IMG/VR virus record: IMGVR_UViG_3300034066_002051
Direction: 5' to 3' (one strand)
DNA from: an uncultured virus (IMG/VR IMGVR_UViG_3300034066_002051)
Lineage: Duplodnaviria; Heunggongvirae; Uroviricota; Caudoviricetes
DNA length: 20,000 bases
A program made the position numbers and the translations under genes. Shown in pieces: positions 5,429 to 13,074 of this stretch. Under the pieces are notes generated by a model. It did no database searches. It was given only the letters and a program-made list of their open reading frames with translations, and was not told where the DNA came from. Position 1 is the first letter of the stretch. The number at the start of each line of letters is the position of its first letter.

Positions 5429-7093
5429 ATGGCTACAGCCACTTACAAAAAATTTGATGTAAAACACGGTATTAGCGTAAATGGCTTACCGTTTGTTGAC
5501 GGAAATAGAAATGTTACGGTAAATGATCTAACCGTACGTGGTGTATCGACTATTGTTGATACAAGAACTATTTCGTCTATTGACCCAGTTATCAGTCTAG
5601 GAAATGCCGGTCAAACTATCGCGGCAGAAGCCGTGGTAGGAGATAGAATTAAATTCCTTGCCGAAGCATTTAGTGATATTGCAATCGGAGACGCAATTAC
5701 TTATGACTCCGGTGATATTACTGGTCTCACAGCTGGAACTACTTACTATGTACTTAGCAAAGAAGTAGATCCAACCAGTTCAGATTATAGAACTATTACG
5801 ATCTCTGCATCTTTTGGAGGTCCTCAGGTAACAGGATTGTCCGAGTCTTCTGCAGGTGGAGACTTCTTTACCTTAAATCCTCTTAGAGACCTAGATCAAG
5901 ATTTAGGTGTTGAGTTTAATTATGTAAGTTCTACTGCAAAGAAAGGATTCTTTGGTTATCAAGACTCAACTGGTAATTTTACGTTCCTACTTGATGCAAC
6001 CTATTCCGGTTCTTCTTCTACTTCCGATTCCTCTTCCCCTATCTTTACAGGAACTAAGGGTGGCGTCGAAGTTAAGTATATCAAACTTCAACCAACTGCT
6101 GCGTTAACTGCGTCTACTCCGGCTATTGATATACTACAAACTTGGAATGATGTATCAACATCATTCTCGTTAATTGATGCGAATATCACTGATTCCGCCT
6201 CAGCTTCTTCATCTGAGTTAATCAATATATCAGTAGGTTCTTCATCTAAGTTTTTAGTCCGTAAGGATGGAGCTCTAGCGCTTAACACAGGTACTATTGA
6301 AGCTGCATTGACTGTTGCTGGAGTATCTGAAGATACAGTAATCTACGGATCGGCTACTTGGGCAAATGGTTCGATTACATATACTGGAATCGATCTTCAG
6401 ATTACAGAAACATCCTTTGCTGCAGGGTCCAAACTCCTAAATATTTCTGGAGGTGCAGGAAAGAACTTCTCTATTGATGCTCTAGGAGAAATTACAAGTA
6501 ATGTTTCCTTTACATCTGGAGCTCTTGAAACAGCTGTTAAGGTAGATGTAACCGACGTATTTTCAGCTGCTGATTCTCTCTTATTAGATCTTCAAGTTGG
6601 TTCTGTAAGTAAGTTTAGTGTAGATAAAGATGGCGATATAGTAGCCGCTGGAAGTTTAACTGTAGAAGGATCCGCCACCTTTAACGGAACTGCGAGTGTC
6701 GAAGACTCACTTACTTTAGAAGCAGCTCCTAATGGTCTCGGTACTTATGAGCAAAACGCACAGTTACAAACTTCCTTAGTAACTATTACTGCTGGATCCA
6801 GTGTGACTTCTACTATTAGTTCCTATTCTTCTACGTCTTTTGTAACTGGTAAGTATTTAGTTCAAATGAAGCAGGGATCTAATTACCATTCAGCAGAGGT
6901 CCTACTTCTTCACGCAGGTTCAACTGTCTATATGACAGAATATGCCTCGGTATATAGTTCCTCGATAGTTGGCCTTCTTGATGCTGCTGTGTCTGGGGGT
7001 AATGTTATCTTAACTCTTACCCCCACTTCCGAAACAGTGGCAAATAATGCCGAAATAGAAGTACGCGTTATGCGTACCACTATGGCGGAATAA
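5429..7093 (+). CDS. Tail-fibre-like virion structural protein (554 aa)
   Basis: Ser/Thr/Gly-rich beta composition; N-terminal KKFDVKHGISV; DLGVEFNY...KKGFFGY; three internal repeats (S.L.N/D...G....F.V...G); C-terminal KYLVQ.....YH..EVLL.H......TEYA domain seen in cyanophage fibres. Confidence 0.75.
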   Translation: MATATYKKFDVKHGISVNGLPFVDGNRNVTVNDLTVRGVSTIVDTRTISSIDPVISLGNAGQTIAAEAVVGDRIKFLAEAFSDIAIGDAITYDSGDITGLTAGTTYYVLSKEVDPTSSDYRTITISASFGGPQVTGLSESSAGGDFFTLNPLRDLDQDLGVEFNYVSSTAKKGFFGYQDSTGNFTFLLDATYSGSSSTSDSSSPIFTGTKGGVEVKYIKLQPTAALTASTPAIDILQTWNDVSTSFSLIDANITDSASASSSELINISVGSSSKFLVRKDGALALNTGTIEAALTVAGVSEDTVIYGSATWANGSITYTGIDLQITETSFAAGSKLLNISGGAGKNFSIDALGEITSNVSFTSGALETAVKVDVTDVFSAADSLLLDLQVGSVSKFSVDKDGDIVAAGSLTVEGSATFNGTASVEDSLTLEAAPNGLGTYEQNAQLQTSLVTITAGSSVTSTISSYSSTSFVTGKYLVQMKQGSNYHSAEVLLLHAGSTVYMTEYASVYSSSIVGLLDAAVSGGNVILTLTPTSETVANNAEIEVRVMRTTMAE

Positions 7094-7101
7094 AATAGGA
7101 C

Positions 7102-7245
7102 TTAACGTCCTTGACCTCTATATCTCTTCTTTGCGCCGTTACGACTAGTAGCGGCCAATTTTGTATTACGTGAACGTCCTTGGCGGGTGGACTTAGGAAC
7201 AGTTAGAATAAGTTTTTTGCCGTTTTTGATGGTGACTCTTGCCAT
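7102..7245 (-). CDS. Small highly basic protein (47 aa)
   Basis: Not in ORF track. MARVTIKNGKKLILTVPKSTRQGRSRNTKLAATSRNGAKKRYRGQGR; PK.TRQG...TK..ATSRN..KKRYRGQG is a motif I recall from T4-like cyanophages; TGaTATAAT at 7277-7269. Confidence 0.75.
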   Translation of the reverse strand: MARVTIKNGKKLILTVPKSTRQGRSRNTKLAATSRNGAKKRYRGQGR

Positions 7246-7274
7246 AGTATGCAATTAATTACCCATATATTATA

Positions 7275-7601
7275 TCATCGTTTGATCATTTTAATATCAT
7301 AGTTCTCTGGAGAGAAATATTTAACCACATAAGAAATTAAAGCGTCGGAAAGTATTTCGCCGCATGAGAACATATCAATTGCTGCGCAATTATCCTCTGG
7401 CCAAGTATGAATTGAGAAATGCGATGTGCTAAGTAGGGCCAGATATGTATATCCTCCAGGTTCGAATTTATGAGATGACTCGCCTACGACCTCTGCCATA
7501 CATTCATCTAACATGGGTCTGATGAAATCTATAAAACCGTCCATCTCGGTTAGTAATAGGGCATCGACGCCATAAATATTGAGTAAAAAATGCTTTCCCA
7601 T
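7275..7601 (-). CDS. speD: Pyruvoyl-dependent S-adenosylmethionine decarboxylase-like proenzyme (108 aa)
   Basis: MGKH.L, HKFEP.G.T, SH.SIHTWPE, A.D.F.CG. The cleavage site reads TSH rather than ESH. Confidence 0.85.
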   Translation of the reverse strand: MGKHFLLNIYGVDALLLTEMDGFIDFIRPMLDECMAEVVGESSHKFEPGGYTYLALLSTSHFSIHTWPEDNCAAIDMFSCGEILSDALISYVVKYFSPENYDIKMIKR

Positions 7602-7602
7602 G

Positions 7603-8433
7603 TTAAAAGTTAAAAAGGTATATATCTGAGTTACTAGCACCGGCGAGTAATCTAGATTCTTTAAACTCTGGAATTACTAGATGGTCCATTTCTTTAAAAT
7701 ATTGTTTATAATCTATATCTACTCTCCCTCTTAACTCATATGAGGCGGATATTAATACTTTCCTTTTTAAACTTGAGAGTTCATTAATAACTCTTATAAA
7801 TTGGTGGAATTTGGCTTCATTCCACATCCATCCGGCTCCAAAACGTCCATATTCTCTTGGAAGATGCGCGTATACTATAACATTATCATTTATCACTCCT
7901 TCTCTAAAGGAAAAAAAGTCCTCTTCCCTAAAAAGTAGGTTTTTCTCGCGACTTATACGCGAAGCGTTTATAAGTTGGTCGGTTTTAAGTTTTGTAGGAA
8001 AAAATATGCCATCATATCCCTTATCTCTATACCTATGAGTAAAATTAGACCCAACCCATAACAAATAGAGCTCAGCGCATCTCTCCCACGTACTTAATTT
8101 GTCCTCGTATTCATTAAATTGCTCTTTGAGTTTTACATATCGCCATTTGCCAATATCATCTCTAAATCTAGTTGTATATGCATGGGACAAGGTAGATGAA
8201 ACCGTAGATGTTTTTATCCACTGATGCATTTTTGCTATATAGGGTTCTTTTGTCACCCCAATTCCACCCTTAGATTGGTATAAAAGACTCCCTGTGGTTA
8301 AATTCACATCATAGATGTAGAAATCTAATATATCCGGTCTTTGAATTAAAAATTCATCAAGAAACTTGGGTTCTCGGCCTGGATACTTAAATGTGAACAG
8401 TTGATTTGTCAAGTTTTCTCCAGTTTTTTCCAT
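7603..8433 (-). CDS. Degenerate Dam-like (D12 class) methyltransferase-fold protein
   Basis: Collinear with Dam: FKYPG (KW.GGK), YIYDVNLTTGSL (Y.EPF.G.GSV), AELYLL...NF..RY (AA.F.YLN...FNG.YR), DF..F......IVYAHLPR (DF...VY.DPPY), KVLIS (KVM.SN). Confidence 0.6.
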   Translation of the reverse strand: MEKTGENLTNQLFTFKYPGREPKFLDEFLIQRPDILDFYIYDVNLTTGSLLYQSKGGIGVTKEPYIAKMHQWIKTSTVSSTLSHAYTTRFRDDIGKWRYVKLKEQFNEYEDKLSTWERCAELYLLWVGSNFTHRYRDKGYDGIFFPTKLKTDQLINASRISREKNLLFREEDFFSFREGVINDNVIVYAHLPREYGRFGAGWMWNEAKFHQFIRVINELSSLKRKVLISASYELRGRVDIDYKQYFKEMDHLVIPEFKESRLLAGASNSDIYLFNF

Positions 8434-8788
8434 TATAAAAACAAATTAGATCTTGTGAGTAAAATCTAATAGTCCCTGGAGGATTTATTACAAATTTTTT
8501 CTCTCCAAAGGTATCATTAAGCAGGTATTCGGTATATTGTTCAGTATTTTCTACGATTTTGATAGATTTTTCTAGGAAAGCGAGGACTTCTGTATTGGTA
8601 AATCTGAGGGTCTTGGCAGCGTATAAAACTTGCTCACCTAGATCAAGATCATATCCGCATCCATTAGATACATTGTTTTTAAATGAGTAATATGAATGTT
8701 TGTCAGGTGAATTAACCAATTCACGTAACTCGAGGACCTTTTTAGGCTTAATTTGAGCGTAAATATCAGATCGTACAACAACTTTCAT
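8387..8788 (-). CDS. Hypothetical protein (133 aa)
   Basis: ATGA-coupled to the upstream gene; C-terminal GTIRF....ICFYNG..W resembles a fibre-type repeat. Confidence 0.7.
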   Translation of the reverse strand: MKVVVRSDIYAQIKPKKVLELRELVNSPDKHSYYSFKNNVSNGCGYDLDLGEQVLYAAKTLRFTNTEVLAFLEKSIKIVENTEQYTEYLLNDTFGEKKFVINPPGTIRFYSQDLICFYNGKNWRKLDKSTVHI

Positions 8789-9456
8789 AAATCCTCGTCC
8801 ATTAAGTCAAAAAGAAACTTTCTAATGTAAAAATCAGCAAATTTTTCGGAGAAATAGGCCTTTAAGATCCCATGAGCTGGGTCATGATCTCCCATATGAA
8901 GGTCATATTTCTTATGAAGTCCTAACATGGAGTGGGTTGGTTCCATCTCCTCGAGTAGAAGCTTATATCTTACCAGATATTCTTCCGCGGTTGAGTAAAA
9001 ATTGTTATAAAAATCATATCCTTTCTTCTTAAACCAAAATTTTTGTGAAAAGTATTGCTTTAAATCATAAAACTTTGAGGTTTCAGCCTCTGTATCGGGC
9101 ATATCATCGAGATAATTGTCAATGTACTCTCTCAAATACTCATCAGTCTGGGCAAGAGGGTGGAAATCGATACCCCCAAAGTACTTTTTCCCACCAATTC
9201 GTAGATATTCGCATCCAAATATAGGCGCCTCGGACATTTCCCATGGATAAATGACCAAAGTCTCTGCATAAAACTTTTCTGGAACGGATAATTGGCATAA
9301 TCTTGCCCTTCTGATCCCATCTCCGTCCCAAGTCCTAGAGACTATAGTGGCATTACCCGATGTTTCCATAAAAGAAAGACCGGAGGGGAACTCATTGGTC
9401 ATCCTCCAGTCAGGGAATACATTAGTTATCGCTTGATTCAAAATCATCAGAGTCAT
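8785..9456 (-). CDS. Ferredoxin-dependent bilin reductase, PebA/PebS-like but divergent
   Basis: RRAR, IYP.....PIFG, IDFHPL, FYD..QYFS, YD....HDPAHG.L...F...FA..Y...FLF motifs of the FDBR family. Confidence 0.88.
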   Translation of the reverse strand: MTLMILNQAITNVFPDWRMTNEFPSGLSFMETSGNATIVSRTWDGDGIRRARLCQLSVPEKFYAETLVIYPWEMSEAPIFGCEYLRIGGKKYFGGIDFHPLAQTDEYLREYIDNYLDDMPDTEAETSKFYDLKQYFSQKFWFKKKGYDFYNNFYSTAEEYLVRYKLLLEEMEPTHSMLGLHKKYDLHMGDHDPAHGILKAYFSEKFADFYIRKFLFDLMDEDL

Positions 9457-9640
9457 TGTCCGATTCCCAGATGCTACGTTCTTTCTTACGTAGTTTCTTT
9501 AGACCTTTATAGAGTTTTTTGATCTCTTGATAGGCGTCTTCTGGGGACATTTTATCCGCGATTTCTAATCCGGCAATAAGAGCTACTTTATCGCCAAATC
9601 GAGCCAATGCACGTTCAAATGCGCTTAGATCTTCATACAT
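9422..9640 (-). CDS. Conserved cyanobacterial/cyanophage-type hypothetical protein (72 aa)
   Basis: L..F..KV..I.GLE...K.SPE.AYQ.IK.L.K.LKK motif; GGAG ribosome-binding site upstream. Confidence 0.8.
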   Translation of the reverse strand: MYEDLSAFERALARFGDKVALIAGLEIADKMSPEDAYQEIKKLYKGLKKLRKKERSIWESDNDSDDFESSDN

Positions 9641-9642
9641 AA

Positions 9643-9795
9643 TTACTCTCCAAGGAAAAAATCTTTAAGTGATTCGTGTTCTTGTCTTGATTTAATATTG
9701 AGAATCATGAGATCGTAACGAATTTCCTCAATTTTTTTCTCAATATCATCGATTCTTTTAGATAGATTACCAAGTAGGAATAATGTTTTAAACAT
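9643..9795 (-). CDS. Small coiled-coil hypothetical protein (50 aa)
   Basis: Not in ORF track. MFKTLFLLGNLSKRIDDIEKKIEEIRYDLMILNIKSRQEHESLKDFFLGE; AGGAGG upstream; fills the gap between neighbours. Confidence 0.65.
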   Translation of the reverse strand: MFKTLFLLGNLSKRIDDIEKKIEEIRYDLMILNIKSRQEHESLKDFFLGE

Positions 9796-9919
9796 TTCCC
9801 ATTACCTCCTTAAAATAGGCGTTATATGCCATGAATCTTCTTAATGAAGGTTGTATGCCGAGACTTTGACAGCACTCTAGGTAAGAATGCCACTCATACC
9901 AAGAGGTCGTTGGGTCCAT
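9788..9919 (-). CDS. Small CxxC-like hypothetical protein (43 aa)
   Basis: MDPTTSWYEWHSYLECCQSLGIQPSLRRFMAYNAYFKEVMGNV; start moved from 10039 to 9919. Confidence 0.65.
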   Translation of the reverse strand: MDPTTSWYEWHSYLECCQSLGIQPSLRRFMAYNAYFKEVMGNV

Positions 9920-10067
9920 TGCCGGGAGTTGGGTCGCCCTTACCTTGGAGAGATTTTGCGAAAAGTTCAGAATATCTCTCCAGAAAATCAGAGGAGAAAG
10001 AAGTAAGCCGATTATTACCGATTTTAGCATGCATTTCATTGAGTTCGATCCATTCTTCTTGGAGCAT
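9894..10067 (-). CDS. Small hypothetical protein (57 aa)
   Basis: Not in ORF track. MLQEEWIELNEMHAKIGNNRLTSFSSDFLERYSELFAKSLQGKGDPTPGNGPNDLLV; EW.EL and ELF.KSL.GKGD resemble a cyanophage small-ORF family. Confidence 0.65.
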   Translation of the reverse strand: MLQEEWIELNEMHAKIGNNRLTSFSSDFLERYSELFAKSLQGKGDPTPGNGPNDLLV

Positions 10068-10100
10068 AATGGCCTTTACAAGTTACCTTAATATTTTAAC

Positions 10101-10340
10101 CTAGGATTGTTCTGATTTGATTGCATTTAATACTTTCTTTGACTTTCTTTTCAACCAAAAGGTATCAAAGCGAAGACGTGGATAAAACTTTAACCAAAAC
10201 CAGAACCTAGAAACTTTTAATTTGGCAAGTTTGCCAAGAAGGATGATGTATGCTGCTACGTTTTTATCGACAATGATCATATATGCAACAACTCCAAATA
10301 CAATAAGAAGTCCGTAATAATAGTACATAGAGTGTTGCAT
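10101..10340 (-). CDS. Membrane hypothetical protein (79 aa)
   Basis: Hydrophobic N-half (VAYMIIVDKNVA), basic C-half; AGGAG ribosome-binding site. Confidence 0.75.
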   Translation of the reverse strand: MQHSMYYYYGLLIVFGVVAYMIIVDKNVAAYIILLGKLAKLKVSRFWFWLKFYPRLRFDTFWLKRKSKKVLNAIKSEQS

Positions 10341-10376
10341 AGATAATCTCCTATATTAGATAACTTAATCGATTTA

Positions 10377-10700
10377 TCAGAGTTTATGTTGATATTTCCA
10401 CATTTCTTCCCAGACTCCTAGGCAAGCATCGTGATACTCATGGTCATGAATCTCGTTTTTAAAGTTTGTATAATCCATCGAGGCGATATGGGACATGACA
10501 AACATAGAAATATTCAGTCGAGTGGTCCATGCTCTCCAGGCATAGTCACTAACCTGGACTTCAAACGGATCGCAGGAGAGATATTCACGAATCTCATCTA
10601 GATGGGATTTGTTTCTTGCTCGGACAAGCAATCCGTCTCCTTTCACATTGCTTTTATCTGCAACAACAGAAATAAATCCTTTAGGGGTGAATAACCACAT
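10377..10700 (-). CDS. Conserved hypothetical protein (107 aa)
   Basis: MWLFT..GF.S.V, LLVRAR, DY.WRA, DY.NFK motifs; start moved to ATG 10700, downstream of the terminator. Confidence 0.8.
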   Translation of the reverse strand: MWLFTPKGFISVVADKSNVKGDGLLVRARNKSHLDEIREYLSCDPFEVQVSDYAWRAWTTRLNISMFVMSHIASMDYTNFKNEIHDHEYHDACLGVWEEMWKYQHKL

Positions 10701-10707
10701 ATTAAAT

Positions 10708-10754
10708 AAAAAAAAGGTCCTAGGGACAGGGGAATAATCCCGAGTCTCTAGGAC
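10708..10754 (-). terminator. Intrinsic terminator after psbA
   Basis: GTCCTAGAGAC-TC-GGGA-TTAT-TCCC-CT-GTCCCTAGGAC-C-TTTTTTTT. Confidence 0.8.
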
Positions 10755-10755
10755 A

Positions 10756-10784
10756 ATGATATCAGATCTTCTGAGTAATGTCAA
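10756..10784 (-). promoter_or_regulatory. Sigma70-type promoter overlapping the psbA stop codon
   Basis: TTGACA (10784-10779), 17 nt, TATCAT (10761-10756) with TGn extension. Confidence 0.7.
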
Positions 10785-11863
10785 CCAATAACCGGAGCCT
10801 TGAGAGCCACGGGGGTGGTTTCTGCGGCCGCAAGATCGAGAGGGAAGTTGTGAGCATTGCGCTCGTGCATCACCTCAAAACCAAGACCAGCGCGGTTGAG
10901 GATATCTGCCCAGGTGTTAATTACGTGACCGTTATTATCAAGCAATGATTGGTTAAAGTTAAAACCATTCAAGTTGAAGGCCATCGTGCTAACTCCCAGA
11001 GCAGCGAACCAAATACCAACAACAGGCCAAGCAGCCAAGAAGAAATGAAGACTGCGAGAGTTGTTGAAGGATGCGTATTGGAAGATGAGACGTCCGAAGT
11101 AGCCGTGGGCTGCAACGATGTTGTAAGTCTCTTCTTCTTGTCCGAATTTGTATCCATAGTTTTGACTCTCTACTTCTGTGGTTTCACGAACGAGCGAACT
11201 AGTGACCAAAGATCCATGCATAGCAGAGAAAAGAGAACCACCAAATACACCAGCCACCCCAAGCATATGGAAGGGGTGCATGAGGATATTATGCTCCGCC
11301 TGGAAAACAAGCATGTAGTTAAATGTACCTGAAATGCCAAGAGGCATTCCATCAGAGAAGGAACCTTGTCCAAATGGATATACGAGGAACACTGCAGTAG
11401 CAGCAGCCACGGGTGCGCTGTAGGCAACACAAATCCAAGGACGCATACCAAGTCGGTAAGAAAGTTCCCATTCCCGACCCATGTAGCTAAATACGCCAAT
11501 GAGGAAGTGGAAAACCACCAGTTGATAGGGACCGCCATTGTAAAGCCATTCGTCTAGCGAAGCAGCTTCCCAAATAGGGTAGAAGTGAAGTCCGATTGCG
11601 TTCGAACTAGGAACAACAGCACCAGAAATGATGTTATTGCCATACATTAGCGAACCAGCAACAGGCTCACGGATGCCGTCAATATCTACCGGAGGCGCAG
11701 CAACAAAGGCAACAATAAAGCAAACAGTTGCAGCAAGGAGGGTAGGGATCATCAGAGTACCAAACCAACCGACATAGAGACGGTTGTTGGTGGATGTTAC
11801 CCACTCACAGAACTGTTCCCACTGATTGCCAACACGCTGTTGGGCAATTGAAGAAGCTGTCAT
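10781..11863 (-). CDS. psbA: Photosystem II D1 protein
   Basis: Full-length 360 aa: [44 protein letters not shown]; uninterrupted; Gln at the 130-equivalent position. Confidence 0.99.
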   Translation of the reverse strand: MTASSIAQQRVGNQWEQFCEWVTSTNNRLYVGWFGTLMIPTLLAATVCFIVAFVAAPPVDIDGIREPVAGSLMYGNNIISGAVVPSSNAIGLHFYPIWEAASLDEWLYNGGPYQLVVFHFLIGVFSYMGREWELSYRLGMRPWICVAYSAPVAAATAVFLVYPFGQGSFSDGMPLGISGTFNYMLVFQAEHNILMHPFHMLGVAGVFGGSLFSAMHGSLVTSSLVRETTEVESQNYGYKFGQEEETYNIVAAHGYFGRLIFQYASFNNSRSLHFFLAAWPVVGIWFAALGVSTMAFNLNGFNFNQSLLDNNGHVINTWADILNRAGLGFEVMHERNAHNFPLDLAAAETTPVALKAPVIG

Positions 11864-11924
11864 AGTATTAAAATTTCGATGTTCAAGTTAAATATTCGGA
11901 GGGAATTGACCTTCCGATGGGATC

Positions 11925-11953
11925 ATTATAACCCATCTATGTCAGGAAATCAA
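11925..11953 (-). promoter_or_regulatory. Sigma70-type psbA promoter
   Basis: TTGATT (11953-11948), 17 nt, TATAAT (11930-11925). Confidence 0.7.
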
Positions 11954-13074
11954 GACATAGTATCTATCTTTAAACCGACCTTGATGGTATCGGAGAGATC
12001 AAGCGCCTCGGAGATTATTGCATCCATATTCAAATAGCGATAAGTAGCCAACCTACCAACAAACTTAACTTTAGTCTGCTTAGCAATTTCCTCTTGGTAC
12101 TTAGAAAGAATCTCTAGATCATCTGAAAGTCTCTTTGGGTAATAGGGGATGTCGCCTTGCTCTGTTTCCTTACTAAACTCTGTGAATATCACTGACTGAT
12201 CATGAGATTCCCAAGGGGTGAAATGTTTATGCTCATGTACGCGGGTGAAAAGTTGGTAGGTAGATGGGTAGTTTATAACTGCGTTTCCTTGAAGGTCTCC
12301 TCTGCCATATTCTTTCTCCCAGAATACAGTTCTATAGCCCAGTTGTCCGTGGGAGTAGTCGAAGTATTTGTCAATAGGTCCGGTATAAATCACCAAGTCA
12401 TAGTTATCATTATCAGAAATATCCCAAGACCTCCCCAGCTCAAGAGTTATGTTCTCATGGGAGATGATATTTTGAACTATTTGGGTATATCCATGCTTTG
12501 GAATTGCTTGCCACTTTGAGTTGTAATAATTATCGTCATAATTAAACCTCACAGGGAGTCGCTTGAGGATCGAAGCTGGGAGAGACGTAGGGTTACATCC
12601 CCATTGCTTCTCAGTATATCCCTTGAAGAAGGCTTCATAGAGACCTTTACCGATCATGCTAAGAGCCTGTTCTTCAAAGTTAGTTGGTTGAGGGTAGTCT
12701 TTGCTAGCTAACTTTTGGATATATTTTTTAGCTTCCGCTGGATTAAAATTTGTCTGGAAGAACTGATTGATTGTATGGAGGTTGATTGGTAGGGAGTAAA
12801 CTCCAGAGTCTATAGAGGCTTTTACTCTATTGACATAAGGTACCCACTCCCCGTACTTATTTACATATTCCCATACCCTGGGGATATTTGTATTGAAGAT
12901 ATGGGGTCCGTAAGTATGGACCATGATATTGGTCTTTTCATCTCGCTCAGTGTGGCAGTTCCCAGCAATATGCTCCCTCTCGTCGATTATATGTACTTTA
13001 CAACCAAAACTAGCCAACTCACGAGCTACCACAGAGCCGGAGAACCCGGCCCCTACTACTAGGACTTTTGTCAT
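11950..13074 (-). CDS. glf: UDP-galactopyranose mutase
   Basis: VVGAGFSG FAD motif, HIAGNC, H.YGPHIF, KQWG, RLPVR, R..EHKHF, PYYP, GRLATYRYLNMD. Confidence 0.95.
   Translation of the reverse strand: MTKVLVVGAGFSGSVVARELASFGCKVHIIDEREHIAGNCHTERDEKTNIMVHTYGPHIFNTNIPRVWEYVNKYGEWVPYVNRVKASIDSGVYSLPINLHTINQFFQTNFNPAEAKKYIQKLASKDYPQPTNFEEQALSMIGKGLYEAFFKGYTEKQWGCNPTSLPASILKRLPVRFNYDDNYYNSKWQAIPKHGYTQIVQNIISHENITLELGRSWDISDNDNYDLVIYTGPIDKYFDYSHGQLGYRTVFWEKEYGRGDLQGNAVINYPSTYQLFTRVHEHKHFTPWESHDQSVIFTEFSKETEQGDIPYYPKRLSDDLEILSKYQEEIAKQTKVKFVGRLATYRYLNMDAIISEALDLSDTIKVGLKIDTMS

Noticed and set aside
9920..10039. N-terminal half of ORF 9788-10039
   Set aside because: A different frame (9894-10067) explains this segment better.
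10781..11863. Group I intron or homing endonuclease in psbA, or an adjacent psbD
   Set aside because: psbA is uninterrupted and neither neighbour is psbD or an endonuclease.
11864..11924. Named cyanophage cis-regulatory RNAs (PhotoRC-II, glnA, wcaG, manA)
   Set aside because: I could not match their consensus by eye; needs an Infernal search.
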